Below, piece by piece: positions 12,861-26,160 of a stretch of DNA of 64,000 nt (position 1 is the stretch's first letter; every line of letters starts with the position of its first letter). The DNA is from Eledone cirrhosa (lineage: Eukaryota): assembly GCA_964016885.1 (NCBI GenBank), contig OZ024755.1:23622001-23686000 (forward strand), in the 5' to 3' direction. The notes under the pieces are model-generated. The model saw only the letters and a program-made list of their open reading frames with translations, had not been told where the DNA came from and did not search any database. The translations under genes and the position numbers were made by a program.

Positions 12861-13830
12861 CCAGGTAGAGCTGCTACTTCACTGAATTGAGAGATCACAG
12901 CTCCGATACTATGGCATGGGGTTAGAATGTCTCAGGAAAGAATCACTGGAGAGTCACTCCAGGTAGAGCTGCTACTTCACTGAATTGAGAGATCACAGCT
13001 CCGATACTATGGGCATGGGGTTAGAATTTCTCAGGAAAGAATCACTGGAGAGTCACTCCAGGTAGAGCTGCTACTTCACTGAATTGAGAGATCACAGCTC
13101 CGATACTATGGGCATGGGGTTAGAATTTCTCAGGAAAGAATCACTGGAGAGTCACTCCAGGTAGAGCTGCTACTTCACTGAATTGAGAGATCACAGCTCC
13201 GATACTATGGGCATGGGGTTAGAATTTCTCAGGAAAGAATCACTGGAGAGTCACTCCAGGTAGAGCTGCTATTTTACTGAATTGAGAGATCACAGCTCCA
13301 ATACTATGGACATAGGGTTAGAATGTCTCAGGAAAGAATCACTGGAGAGTCACTCCAGGTAGAGCTGCTACTTCACTGAATTGAGAGATCACAGCTCCGA
13401 TACTATGGGCATGGGGTTAGAATTTCTCAGGAAAGAATCACTGGAGAGTCACTCCAGGTAGAGCTGCTACTTCACTGAATTGAGAGATCACAGCTCCGAT
13501 ACTATGGGCATGGGGTTAGAATTTCTCAGGAAAGAATCACTGGAGAGTCACTCCAGGTAGAGCTGCTATTTTACTGAATTGAGAGATCACAGCTCCGATA
13601 CTATGGACATGGGGTTAGAATTTCTCAGGAAAGAATCACTGGAGAGTCACTCCAGGTAGAGCTGCTACTTCACTGAATTGAGAGATCACAGCTCCGATAC
13701 TATGGGCATGAGGTTAGAATGTCTCAGGAAAGAATCACTGGAGAGTCACTCCAGGTAGAGCTGCTACTTCACTGAATTGAGAGATCACAGCTCTGATACT
13801 ATGGGCATGGGGTTAAAATGTCTCAAGAAA
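12861..13830 (+). repeat. About 10 tandem copies of a 98-99 bp unit taken from an RTE LINE 3' coding region
   Basis: CCAGGTAGAG starts at 12959, 13058 and 13157 (99-bp period); the last copy runs into the normal RTE 3' end at about 14052. Confidence 0.95.
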
Positions 13831-14478
13831 GAATTGATGGAGAGATTTTATGGGCGAAACCAACAGGTAAGAGATCCAGGGGTAGACCTCAAGCAAGATC
13901 GTTGAATAACATCCATGAGCTTGGCTGGTCATGCTTGGGCATCCAGCCGGATCAATTGGAGACGATTGCTTCTGACAGGACCTGCTGGAGTGAGTGTTTG
14001 AGGACTCTGCCCCATGATCCTCTCAGGAATAAGTGGGCGAAGAAGAAGAAGAGATCCTTCTGTGTGCTAAGTTCTATTTTCATTAATGTCACATAGCTTT
14101 GGGTCATTTCAGGATTGATAAAATAACTACTAGTCACACCCTGTGGTAAATTCAATCAACTATATCCTTTCCTTATTTATTTTTGACTTTGTATTAATCT
14201 AAAAAATTCTTACTGTCCAAGATTATTGAAGGTATTTTGTCATATAACTTTCTCATTATTAAGCTGGTGTTTAGATCATAACTTAACAAAGGTTCGTACA
14301 TAAAATTAAAATGGAAGGTTTTTAGATAAATGTAAATACTTTAGGATAAATGACTTTGTATTGTAGAACCATGGGCGGTTTCAGGTAGTTTCTTATCAAA
14401 AGGGTAAAAAGAGGAAGTGAATTTTGTATTTGTACACATAGAGACATTTTCCATTTAATGTATTGTAAAATCTATATA

Positions 14479-14806
14479 CAATGTACCCCCAGCATTTGTG
14501 GTCCCGGTTATTCGGGGAATTTTCATCAGAACCTAACTAATAATTATTTGTGGAAACCACCACATATTTGCAGAATTGTAAATATCTTCCACAATTTTTT
14601 TATGGCTTTTTTTGTGGCAATATATATTTTTTCACGCTTTTTAATGCTAAGTTACTAATAACAATATACCGTATTTGCTGGCCTATATTTTACGTTATGT
14701 TTTGACGTTTATAGGCATTTTTATGGACCATGTCCAATATTCACAGTTTTTCAGTCTTCACAGGTGCTCTAGGAACATAACCCCTGTGAATACCGAGGGA
14801 CAACTG
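14479..14806. mobile_element. pogo/Tigger-like MITE; second copy at about 57938-58300
   Basis: TA-flanked ends CA(A/G)TGTACCCC...GAATAC.G.GGGACAACTG; two colinear copies in the window. Confidence 0.7.
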
Positions 14807-15230
14807 TACTGTTATCGGATTTGATAAAATAATTGAGGTATAAATATGTATATTCATTAGTGTTTTATTAAAGAAAATATTACTAATATGAAACTCTATG
14901 CTAGGCTGCTATGTTGATGAAAGTTAATATTGCAGTGTTGGAATTATTTTCAGAAATGTTATTTACATCATTTGTAGTCAGCTTCAAAAGTGATTTGAAT
15001 ATTTACTCTTTGGATATTTAGTTTATTGTAGCTGTTAGTGAAATGAGGGTAGCTTGTGTAAGTGACATGTGTTAGAATAGTTAGTCTCTGAGATAGAATT
15101 TTTCCGTATTCTTAATTAACAGCTGTTGACACTGGTTAGTAGTCAACTCAGAAACAGATAAAAGAATAAAAGAAGCAAACAACTAAAAAAATAATAAATG
15201 AAATGAAATGCAAATGAAAAGAAGAAAAAA

Positions 15231-15452
15231 ATTAGCTTTTCTTGTGGGAGTTAAGACAAAGGTGATAATTAGGTTTTCTTGTGGGAATTAAGACAAAGGT
15301 GAAAATTAACTTTTCTTTTGGGAGTTAAGACAAGGGTGATAATTAGGTTTTCTTGTGGGAATTAAGATAAAGGTGAAAATTAGCTTTTCTTTTGGGAGTT
15401 AAGACAAGGGTGATAATTAGGTTTTCTTGTGGGAGTTAAGACAAAAAGTGAT
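15231..15452. repeat. 37-bp minisatellite, 6 copies
   Basis: Unit ATTAG(C/G)TTTTCTT(G/T)TGGGAGTTAAGACAAAGGTGA(T/A)A. Confidence 0.9.
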
Positions 15453-17603
15453 GATTTTGTTTCACCATCATCACTATTTTTATGTATGTTTTTCCATGAT
15501 TGGTTGAATAGGTCTTTTCAAGTATAGCCTCATCCTACTTGTGTTCTTTTGTCACCTCCTTTGTAAACTTCAGTCTTTTGAGATTCGCACACATCCCCTC
15601 TGCCCAGATCGTCCTTGGTCTTCCTCTACTGGAGTTTCCTTCTACTAGGATCTCTTGGCATGCCTTCATCAGGCGATCATTATCCATATGTCTCACATGT
15701 TCATACCAGTGCAGTCTTCTTTTTTTTTATTCCTATTATACTTCTCTTTCAGCTCATCCAGGTTTCACTGTTCATACATATTAGCATGAAACATGTTGGT
15801 TTCATTTTTCTTCAGCTTTTGCATATCCCCTGCATTAACTGCCCATATTTCACTTCTTTTCATTTGTAGAGAGAAACCTTTTGGTTATCTGAAATATTTT
15901 CCATCCTTGTAAAATTTCATTTAATTATAAATTCAATATTGTAATGGCCAATATGATATTTGGGAATGCCAGAAGATTTCTTGTAATTTTGTGATTTTCA
16001 CATATAAAATACATTGAAAATATATGCTATTAGTTGAAAATCTCCCCAAAATAAGTTGTGCCTGCAGTGAATGCTTTTATTTAGGATTTAGATAATGTTG
16101 ATAATTCTAGATTTAAAAAGACAACAACAAAACAAATGGTCTATCCAAAATAATGGTGACTTTAAGCAATAATTCTTTTTATCCTGAAATTATTTCCCTG
16201 CAGTAAATGTCAAATTATTCTTTATATATTCAGTTCATTTTGAGTTTTATATTTTTCTTGTATTTATTTACATAAATTTTCTTTTTGTTTTAGAATAGGA
16301 ATTATATTTTGTACCAAATTACATATAATATTTTTTTGTTTAGAATATGAAATAATGCTACTTCTATCATAATATATTTTGTATTTGTGTTGAAACTGTA
16401 AAATAAATTTTGTTGTACCTTGAAGGATTGTTGTGCCAACAACAACAACACACACACACCGCTAACTTTTCACATTATCATTCATGGACACACACTATTC
16501 CAAACAAACACAGCATCAGCAACACCACACATGAGTATATATGCACATACATACACATCACATAGTAATGTGACAACACATACACATGCTTAGCAAACAG
16601 AACACTACAACATACAGACAACACAAGATGAAAATATAATCACATGAAAGAAAGAATTTCATTGAGAAGGCCACATAATGTGTGATGAAAGTACATTCTT
16701 GATAATTCAAATAAATATTGGTTACAACGATGAGTGTTCTAGCTGATACTATCAACAGAACAGCCTGATTGTGAAATTAAAGTGCTAGTGGCTGAGTATT
16801 CCATAGACACACATACCCTTAATGTAGTTCTTAGGAAGATTCAGTGTGACAGAGAATATGACAAGGCTGGGCCTTCGAATTACAACTTATATTTGCCAGC
16901 TGAGTGGACTTGAGCAATGTAAAATAAAGTATCTTGTTCAAGGATACAATGCATCATATGGTCCGGGAATTGAACTTATGACATTATGACCATAAGTCCA
17001 ACACCCTAAGCACAACGCCACGTGCCTTCCCAATTCAGAAAAAACTAGTTAACCTCTTGAGTGCCACGGATGAGATAACTCGTCCTAGCATGTTTGAACT
17101 CTTTTCCAACAATTCAAAACTTCAAAGTTATAAACTCATTTATTATAGTTCATAACTTTGAAGCTAGATGGGGTTACTAGTTTATTGATGTGACGTTTGT
17201 CAACCATTCAGATATGTGTTGTTAATAAATGTTTGTTGAAAAAAATAGTCATTTTACTGAAAAGACCCCTGAGACAGTAACTGTAGCTGTGTAAAATATA
17301 TGCGGCAGTCAACAGGTTAATAATAAAGTGAAGTGTAAGCAGTATTTTGGGGAGAATGACCCTTCTAGATACAACAAAATCTGTATCAGTAAAAGGTCAT
17401 CTATAAAGTATCCTATGTAACATAAATATTGTACATTACCATTATCAGGTGTGTGTTGAGTGACAAGAGATCTAATCAAGGATGTTATCAAACTACAAAA
17501 TGAAAATATTTCTTCTATCAGAGAAAGAAAGAAACAAATGAAGGGTAGGCAAATTTATGATGAAAAGACATTCCAGGCATAACAATCCCACCTTCGCATA
17601 AGA

Positions 17604-19111
17604 CAGGGGTCAGCGACCTTTTGGGGTAGGTGGACCACATTGTAGTGGGACACATATGTAGTGTCTTGTCAGTGGGCCACATTGCTATGTAGTGTCTTGT
17701 CAGTGGGCCACATTGCTATGTAGTGTCTTGTCAGTGGGCCACATTGCTATGTAGTGTCTTGTCAGTGGGCCACATTGCTATGTAGTGTCTTGTCAGTGGG
17801 CCATATTGCTATGTAGTGTCTTGTCAGTGGGCCACATTGCTATGTGGTGTCTTGTCAGTGGGCCACATTGCTATGTAGTGTCTTGTCAGTGGGCCACATT
17901 GCTATGTAGTGTCTTGTCAGTGGGCCACATTGCTATGCAGTGTCTCATTGGCAGGCCACATTGCTATGTAGTGTCTTGTCAGTGGGTCACATTGCTATGT
18001 AGTGTCTTGTCAGTGGGCCACATTGCTATGTAGTGTCTTGTCAGTGGGTCACATTGCTATGTAGTGTCATGTCAGTGGGCCACATTGCTATGTAGTGTCT
18101 TGTCAGTGGGCCACATTGCTATGTGGTGTCTTGTCAGTGGGCCACATTGCTATGCAGTGTCTCATTGGCAGGCCACATTGCTATGTGGTGTCTTGTCAGT
18201 GGGCCACATTGCTATGCAGTGTCTCATTGGCAGGCCACATTGCTATGTAGTGTCTTGTCAGTGGGTCACATTGCTATGTAGTGTCTTGTCAGTGGGCCAC
18301 ATTGCTATGTAGTGTCTTGTCAGTGGGTCACATTGCTATGTAGTGTCATGTCAGTGGGCCACATTGCTATGTAGTGTCTTGTCAGTGGGCCACATTGCTA
18401 TGTGGTGTCTTGTCAGTGGGCCACATTGCTATGCAGTGTCTCATTGGCAGGCCACATTGCTATGTGGTGTCTTGTCAGTGGGCCACATTGCTATGCAGTG
18501 TCTCATTGGTAGGCCACATTGCTATGTAGTGTCTTGTCAGTGGGCCACATTGCTATGCAGTGTCTCATTGGCAGGCCACATTGCTATGTAGTGTCTTGGC
18601 AGTGGACCACATTGCTATGCAGTGTCTCATTGGCAGGCCACATTGCTATGTAGTGTCTTGGCAGTGGACCACATTGCTATGCAGTGTCTCATTGGCAGGC
18701 CACATTGCTATGCAGTATCTCGTAAGTGGGCCACATAGCTATGCTATGAAATAACTATATGCCAGACACAAACACAGACATGCTGACTTTTTTCAGGTAA
18801 GTCTGGCTCATTCCATATACCTGCCATACACATACTATGTATGCACATATATACACGAATACAAGTACATACAGTCCCCTTGATCTCGATGTCTGACTAT
18901 TCTATCTGTCTGTGTTTGATTGTTACTGTCATGCAAAAAATGACGTTCAGCTAAGTGAGTCTTGTGGCTAGATGTGTTCTCTAGTCGGTAGCCAAAATAA
19001 TTCAGAGCACTTTTTCAGGGATCGCTTAGCCTAAGATTGAATGAAACCTGTTGGCAGACCGCACAAAATTCCTTCACAGGCCGGAGGGAGGGGAGGGGTT
19101 GTCGACTCCTG
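17604..19111. mobile_element. hAT-like non-autonomous DNA transposon carrying an internal minisatellite
   Basis: Imperfect TIRs CAGGGGTCAGCGACC / GGTTGTCGACTCCTG; flanking 8-mers GCATAAGA / GTTTAAGG (5 of 8 match, possible decayed TSD); GGGCCACAT subterminal motifs. Confidence 0.65.
17658..18745. repeat. 31-bp minisatellite (about 35 copies) with a 279-bp nine-monomer higher-order period
   Basis: Unit GTAGTGTCTTGTCAGTGGGCCACATTGCTAT with variant GCAGTGTCTCATTGGCAGGCCACATTGCTAT; the ORF track repeats at 17785, 18064, 18343. Confidence 0.95.
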
Positions 19112-19172
19112 GTTTAAGGAATAGTGTATTGCAGACTCTACTATTCAATGTGTTATTTTTGTTGAGACAGTA

Positions 19173-19260
<88 letters not shown>

Positions 19261-19276
19261 CATATATACATATATG

Positions 19277-19308
<32 letters not shown>

Positions 19309-19345
19309 TACACATATATATATATATATATATACATACATATAT

Positions 19346-19402
<57 letters not shown>

Positions 19403-19412
19403 CATATAAACA

Positions 19413-19446
<34 letters not shown>

Positions 19447-19456
19447 CATATAAACA

Positions 19457-19490
<34 letters not shown>

Positions 19491-19561
19491 CATATAAACA
19501 TATATATATACATATAAACATATATATATATACATATATATATATACATATATATATATAC

Positions 19562-19596
<35 letters not shown>

Positions 19597-19680
19597 CATA
19601 TATATATACATATATACATATATATAGACATATATACATATATATATACATACATACATACATATATATACACATATATA

Positions 19681-22600
19681 TCTATCTATCTATCTAAGGC
19701 GGGTAAAATTCCCGAGATCCATGGACGAGTTCTCTCCAGCGGTCTCTGTCCCTCATTATCGCTGCCATGTCCTGCGTCTCCAACAGACCAGTGTCTGTCC
19801 TTAGGGCATCAACATATGTTAACCTTGGTCTTCCTCTTCCAGTGTGTCCATGTAGGGGCTCCCAAAGGAGCACTGAGTGCAATGTCAACTCTGGATGTCG
19901 GTGAGCATGTCCAGCCAACCTCAGTCTCCTCTGTGTCACTTTTGAGCTGACTTTTGGGAGGCTCCCATACAGCTCTGAGTTTTTCATCCTCAGTGTATAC
20001 TGATTAATGTTCAGAGCCATCCTCAGCATTCTCGTGTAGCACCCATCCACCATCTGAGTGAGTCTCTTGGTCAGTGTCCAAGTCTCAGACCCATACAGCA
20101 GCACAGACTCCACTACAGCAATGAAGAGGCGGATTTTCAGGTCTCTCCGAAGGTCCGACTTCCACACCGATCTCAAGCTGTGGCACGCCGCCCAGGCCTT
20201 GCTCTTCCTCTCAACCACATCATCTTCCGTATTCCCAATCTTTGCTCCCAAATACAGGAAGTCCTCAACCAATTCCAGCGGCTTCCCGCCTACATTAGTG
20301 ATCCCCTCTGGCTTCTCAACATTCTCTACCAGATATTTTGTTTTAGTCTCATTCATTCTCAGCCCCACACTCATCGACACAGTCTCAACCTCCCGCATCA
20401 AATCCTCTGCCTCCTTCACTGTATTTGTCACCAAAACTATGTCGTCGGCAAATTCAGCATCCGATACCTTTTTCGCCCCAACTCTCCTGCTCTGAGCCGG
20501 TGCTACAGTAAAGCCAGAGTCCTGGTGTTTCTCCAGTGCAAGGCGCATACAATAGTCCACTACGATGATAAAAAGGTAGGGAGCCAATGTATCTCCCTGG
20601 AGCACTCCAGCCAGTATCTCAAAGAACTCTGTCATCCCATCAGGTGTAATGACTTGGGCTTTGGTGTTGGTGTAGAGCAGTGATATCAGGTCCACTATCC
20701 TCTTGGGGATTCCATAAGCCTGTAAGATCTTCATCAGGCAGTAACGGTCCACAGAATCAAAGGCCTTCCTAAAGTCAATGAAAACCATGACCGCAGGAAG
20801 GCACTTTGCTCTAGCTCCCTCTAATATCCTCCTCAGCATCAGGATGTGACTGGTGGTTGATCTACCCTCTCTGAAGCCGTTCTGGTTGTCCCTGAGCTTC
20901 TTCTCCATCTCAGGCTGGATCCTGTTAAGAATCATCCTGTTGAGGGTCTTTGCCACAAGTGACGTCAGTGAGATCCCCCGGTAGTTGTTGGTGTTAGAGA
21001 GATCTCCCTTCTTTGGCACTGGGACGATGTTACTGATCCTCCACTGATTCGGGGCAACTCCTTTCTCCAGTGCCCCGTTACAGAACCCCAGGATGATATC
21101 ATCAAAATCACACCACTTCATCACCTCTGATGCCACTCCATCCTCTCCATGAGCCTTGCCCCCCTTGATCTTCTTCTTGGCTCTCTGAAGCTCCTCTCTG
21201 GTGAAGGGCTCTGTCTCAACATCCAGTTCCTCAAACAGCCGCCCGATCTCCCCAGTGCCCTGGGCTGTGGAGGGTGGCTCTCCTAGTAGGGTCCTAAAAT
21301 GGTCTAGCCATTTCCTCTTCCTATCCTCGGGCCCCGTTCCCTGGATCTGACTCGAACACCTTTTCTTCCTCCCTGTGATCTCGTTGATGATCATCCAGCT
21401 CTCCTTACATCCAGATCTGTCAACCGCTCTCTCCACACTTCTGATCTTCTCTATCAGTGCCTCCTCTCTGACCTCAGTGTAAGCGGTACAGAGCTCTTCC
21501 CTCATCACCTCCACAGTCTCCATCCTCTCCTCCGTAGGATCAGCATAGAATTGGTCCCTGGCAGCTTTCAGGTGTTCTCTGGCTGCACACACTTTTGGGT
21601 CTGCAGAGCTGACGTGCTTCCCTTTGTTCTTTTTCCTCGGCACCAGGGTTTCACTTGCTTTCGCCACTGCATTGGCGAAGTGCCCGTACCTCCTCGTCAC
21701 ACTCTCCTCAGTCCATCCAATCTCTCTCTCCTCTGACTCTCCACACAGAGCACTAAACCTGTTTCTCACTTCCACTGTGAACCTCTCCTGTAGCTTATCA
21801 TCTTCCTTGAAAGCTCCCCAGTCATAGATTGTTCTCCGGGGCTGAGCCTTGCTCTTTCTTAAGCTCACGCGGACCTCACTCATAACAAGCCGGTGGTCAC
21901 TACCCAGTGTACTGAAATAGCTGTATGGTTCCGTGTTCAGAACACTATTCCGCCACTTTTTCCTCACCAGAATGAAATCAATCTGGGACTTGGACAGGTG
22001 CATATCTGAGATGTAGGTCCACATCTTCCCCAGATTCTTCCTAAACCTTAGGTTGGTCGCCATCAAGTTCGCCTCCAGCAGGGTGTCTCTCAGTAGTCTT
22101 CCATTTCGGTTGGTGTTGTTATGGAAGTACCAGCAAGGATCTTCACTGCCCTCCTTACTCAGATGTGCATTGAAGTCCCCCAAAACAAGCAGGATATTGT
22201 GTGCCTGAGTGGTGTTGACAGCTCTACACACTTCCTCATGGAACTCCTCGGCATTCACATCACTGTCCCCCTCGGTTGGACTATAGGCTGAGATGACTGT
22301 CAGTCTTGGGTTTCCATTGAAGGTCACCCTCAACACTCGCGAGGAGATAGGCATTATTTCCCTCACCAACAGATTGGTTTTTGCACTGAACACAAAACCC
22401 ACTCCTCCTACTGCAGCATTTGTTGTGTTCTTCACTGCCGATGTAGTGATGAGCTGGCTCTTCCTCCCGATCATCACACTCCTCACGGGCTCATCGTGTA
22501 GAATCCTGTGTTCTTGGATCGCAAGTATCTGTATACCACTCTCCTCGAACAGATGTCCCAACTCCTCTCTCTTCTCCAGCGTTCGAATAGTCCTCACATT

Positions 22601-22828
22601 CAAAGTGCCCATTTTGATGGCTCCTCTGCAGGACAAAACTGCATTCTTTATATTTGTCTCAGAGACAGCTGATCCATCATCCACTGGCCCTCTCTGTGGC
22701 TCTAAGCCAGCAGAGTCATAACGACCAGGCTGCTCCTTGACAGTGTAATTAGGGGCTCTAACCCTAGTGCTGTTAGATCGACTCTCCATATTTCTTTTCA
22801 ATGGCTGACAATACCTTACCGGCGCCAC
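19681..22828 (-). mobile_element. Intact RTE-clade non-LTR retrotransposon (LINE) inserted in a (TA)n tract
   Basis: GC-balanced block between two TA-rich microsatellites (about 19176-19680 and 22829-23094); one uninterrupted APE+RT ORF; (TAGA)4 tail overlapping the stop codon; 39 nt of unique sequence upstream of the ATG. Confidence 0.95.
19694..22789 (-). CDS. APE endonuclease + reverse transcriptase polyprotein, 1031 aa (starts MESRSNST...)
   Basis: APE motifs GTLNVRT, AIQEHR, AYSPT, GDFNAH, IDFILV, SDHRLV; RT motifs [57 protein letters not shown]; RTE-type C-terminus [16 protein letters not shown] at 22789 chosen because the 97 upstream codons of the track ORF are mostly microsatellite. 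Confidence 0.95.
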   Translation of the reverse strand: MESRSNSTRVRAPNYTVKEQPGRYDSAGLEPQRGPVDDGSAVSETNIKNAVLSCRGAIKMGTLNVRTIRTLEKREELGHLFEESGIQILAIQEHRILHDEPVRSVMIGRKSQLITTSAVKNTTNAAVGGVGFVFSAKTNLLVREIMPISSRVLRVTFNGNPRLTVISAYSPTEGDSDVNAEEFHEEVCRAVNTTQAHNILLVLGDFNAHLSKEGSEDPCWYFHNNTNRNGRLLRDTLLEANLMATNLRFRKNLGKMWTYISDMHLSKSQIDFILVRKKWRNSVLNTEPYSYFSTLGSDHRLVMSEVRVSLRKSKAQPRRTIYDWGAFKEDDKLQERFTVEVRNRFSALCGESEEREIGWTEESVTRRYGHFANAVAKASETLVPRKKNKGKHVSSADPKVCAAREHLKAARDQFYADPTEERMETVEVMREELCTAYTEVREEALIEKIRSVERAVDRSGCKESWMIINEITGRKKRCSSQIQGTGPEDRKRKWLDHFRTLLGEPPSTAQGTGEIGRLFEELDVETEPFTREELQRAKKKIKGGKAHGEDGVASEVMKWCDFDDIILGFCNGALEKGVAPNQWRISNIVPVPKKGDLSNTNNYRGISLTSLVAKTLNRMILNRIQPEMEKKLRDNQNGFREGRSTTSHILMLRRILEGARAKCLPAVMVFIDFRKAFDSVDRYCLMKILQAYGIPKRIVDLISLLYTNTKAQVITPDGMTEFFEILAGVLQGDTLAPYLFIIVVDYCMRLALEKHQDSGFTVAPAQSRRVGAKKVSDAEFADDIVLVTNTVKEAEDLMREVETVSMSVGLRMNETKTKYLVENVEKPEGITNVGGKPLELVEDFLYLGAKIGNTEDDVVERKSKAWAACHSLRSVWKSDLRRDLKIRLFIAVVESVLLYGSETWTLTKRLTQMVDGCYTRMLRMALNINQYTLRMKNSELYGSLPKVSSKVTQRRLRLAGHAHRHPELTLHSVLLWEPLHGHTGRGRPRLTYVDALRTDTGLLETQDMAAIMRDRDRWRELVHGSREFYPP

Positions 22829-22998
22829 ATGTATATATATATGTATATATACATATATACATATATATATACATACATACATACATATATATACACACAT
22901 ATATATATATAAATATATACATATATATACACACATATATATATATACATATATATACACACATATATATATATAAATATATACATATATATACACAT

Positions 22999-23059
<61 letters not shown>

Positions 23060-23169
23060 CATATATATATATACATACACATATATATATATACACTGTA
23101 GTAATAACCAAGGGTAAGAACATTCAGTTCATAGGATGAGTTAAATATAATTAGTTACAATGGTAGAGG

Positions 23170-23880
23170 AACGAAGCTTGCATGCTCCGTTGGATGAGTA
23201 ATAGTAATATACGTGAATGGCAAAGCATAAATGAACTAAGTGAGAAATTAGGAATAAGAGGGATCAGATGCTGTTTACTCGAGAGAAGACTACGTTGGTA
23301 TGGTCACGTGATGCGCATGAAAGACGATAGCTGTATAAAAAAGTGCAGGGTGATCAAAAGTGATGAATTTACGGAGTAGGCAGACCCAGAAAAACCTGGG
23401 ATGATTTGATAAATTCCGATCTCACACACTTACACCTCTCCAAGACAATGTCACTGGACCGAGATCTTTGGTGCTATGCAGTAATACAGAAGACCCGCCT
23501 TGCCTATGTACAAAGCACAACCTATAGTCTATAGGCACCTCTTAACCAAATATACACCCTCATCCCATTACGCCTAATCCCACCCCCATCAACACCACCC
23601 CTTTCTCTGAAAAGTTATGTTGGTACCACAACATCCAGTCCTAAATAAATGAGGTCGTGTAGGTGTCACAACAAAAAAAAACACAGTCCACACTGTAATG
23701 TGGCCATGTAAGTAACACGGTAAATGTAGTTGGTGTTAGGAGGGGCATCCAGCTGTAGAAAACCTGCCAGATAATCCTATATGAGCGAGACAACCAATCT
23801 TGCCTCAAGTGGGACAATTCCTGTCTAAACCCATGCTAGCGTGGAAGATAGATGTTAAACGATGATGATGATGATGATAA
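23170..23880 (+). mobile_element. Decayed RTE 3' end plus associated (GAT)n-tailed retroposon; related pieces at about 15475-15910, 24440-24625, 26280-27480, 36585-36750, 49915-50053, 60850-61440
   Basis: ERRLRWYGHVMRMKDDSCIKKCR..GRPRKTW; shared end CATGCTAGCRTGGAAGATAGAYGTTAAACGATGATGATG. Confidence 0.75.
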
Positions 23881-25989
23881 CATATACAGGTAGTTAAATT
23901 TCGTTGGGTTCTGCACGCCAATTCATTCAGCCTGTTATAAAAACAAAGATGGCCGTTAAATATTGAATGTAATCTTTTTTGGCAAGAATATAAAAGATCT
24001 CTTCAAAGGTAGGTAATTCTGAAAATAGCTTAACTAACCAAAATTATTAGAAGGTTTCATTGGAGGTAAGTATCCTAAAACTAATATCAAATGTAGGGAA
24101 AATTTATGCCAAGTTAGTAATTCAAAGAAATTAAATTCCTTGAAACACAATTTAGTTAATAATTCAAGGAAATATGTTCCTCAAACGAGGCAACCCATCT
24201 AATCGATGCTAGCGTGGAAAAATGGACGTTAAATGGTGATTATATATATATATATATATATAAAATTATAAGAAACGAAATGAGCTGTGTGGTTACTGTA
24301 AACAATGTTTAAGATGGTAGTAAGACTGAAACAAGAGAAGAAATCCTTCATCAGCTGTAAACTGAGATCATAGATGTTTCGGTGCTTAATACAGGACATC
24401 TAAAAGCGATCAGCAGTGCGCCCAAGGCATATATATATAGTAGAGGTAGACCACGAAAAACATGGGCGGAGGTGGTGAGAACAGACCTCAGATCATTGAA
24501 GCTCACGGTGGAGATGACGAGGGACCGTGACGAGTGGAGAGATGCTGTGCTGAATAAGACCCGTCCCACCCTTGCAAGCAGGGAAAAGCGGACGTAAAAT
24601 GATGATGATGATGATGATGATGATATATATATATACACAAATATAGAACTATCTCAAATTTAGGCTCAGAAATTGAACAAAGAGATAGTTCTATATTTGA
24701 ATTCATAAGCGATATTATTCTTTGAGATGTAATGTATATTACTGACTAATTTTGAAATATGTATTATCATTATCATCGTTTAACATCCATTTTCCCTGCT
24801 AACATGGATGAAATGGGTTGGTTTGAACAGAAAGAGGTGAGAGAATTCTGGTTGGATACGGCCAGTTTAAATGCTAAACTTGAAAATCAGTTGAATTATT
24901 ATATTTTATTTATTTGCAGTTCCATGAATGTTAGAAATTAAATGAGCATAATAAATCCAATTTAATATTTGTTAAGTAAATTATATAATATTTCTGATTT
25001 GCCTATAATTATACTTAACATTAAGAATACAATTTTGAAATCATGTAAATATCTAGTCAGTAAGAGGAGTGGAAAGTATATTTTTCAAATAAAATTATTA
25101 CATGGGAAATAAGTATCTATACTAAAAACATACTAGAATTAAGTACTAATGAAAGGGATTTGGAAATGCATACACATACGTTCTTGGAAAGACGTGTACA
25201 TCACTTTTTATTTTCTATAAATCGAAGGCATCATACCTATTCAAACACATACAAACATACTTATTCTTCTTCTTTGCCCACTTCTTTCTGAGAGGGTTGT
25301 TGGAGTAGAGTCCCCAAACACTCCTTCCAGTGGGTCCTGTTAGAAGCAACCGTCTCCAACTGATCTGGCTGGATCCCCAAGGAAGACTAGTGAAGTTCAT
25401 GGATGTTATCCATCCATCATGCTTGGGTTTACACCTGGGTCTCCTGCCAGTTGGTTTTGTCTATAAAATCTGTCCAGCGATTCTTTCCTGAGGCATTCTA
25501 ACCACATGCCCATAGTATCGGAGCTATGATCTCTAAATTCAGAGAAGTAGTGGCTCTACTTGGAGTGACTCCCTGATCTCCGAGCTACGTACTCTATTGA
25601 GTAACATTACTCCAAAGACCCTTTGGCTACTTGTATTCACGATCGTATTCTTTTGGTCATTACTCAAACATACACATGATTATATTTGATATACACTTTA
25701 ATACCTTTTATAAACAAAAAGTATTTCCATATTTTTATGATAATAAAGTTCAGACGGTTTTTGTACCAAAAATCAATATAATTCTTGTAAAAATAACAAA
25801 ATGAATATTTTGTAGATACTAAACTTAATATGAGTATTTCACATTTTTTGTGTGTAATACAGTTATTTTATTTCACAAAGATGTTATCTTATCAAGTGCA
25901 TTGATGTTCTCTCTCTTTCACTCTCTGCCCCCATCTCTCTCACTCCCCTCACCTTTCACTAATGGGAGCCAATGTGTTGGCCACCCTGC

Positions 25990-26160
25990 TGCCCCAGTGG
26001 ACAGAGTAGAGAAGGTGTTTCCCTAGAGGATGGTGAGGGAGACACGTTGGAATAGCCATTCCAGCTTGCAAGGCTCACACCTTCAGGTAGCTAGCTCTGT
26101 GCCCATGGTGGTGAGTAGGGAGGTGGTCCTAGGGCCAAGGACACCAGAGGTATCCATTGC
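25990..26160 (-). mobile_element. C-terminal remnant of a CRE-like (restriction-like endonuclease) non-LTR retrotransposon
   Basis: Minus translation AMDTSGVLGPRTTSLLTTMGTELAT*RCEPCKLEWLFQRVSLTIL*GNTFSTL resembles the ETxGxxGP...WLFQRISxAIxRGNA end of CRE-clade ORFs (recognition from memory). Confidence 0.55.

Noticed and set aside
20058-22721. Plus-strand ORFs overlapping the LINE
   Set aside because: Antisense shadows of a GC-balanced coding sequence, with no recognisable motifs.
22790-23080. N-terminal 97 aa of the 1128-aa track ORF
   Set aside because: Mostly stop-free (TA)n microsatellite (YIYI...); the credible start is the ATG at 22789.
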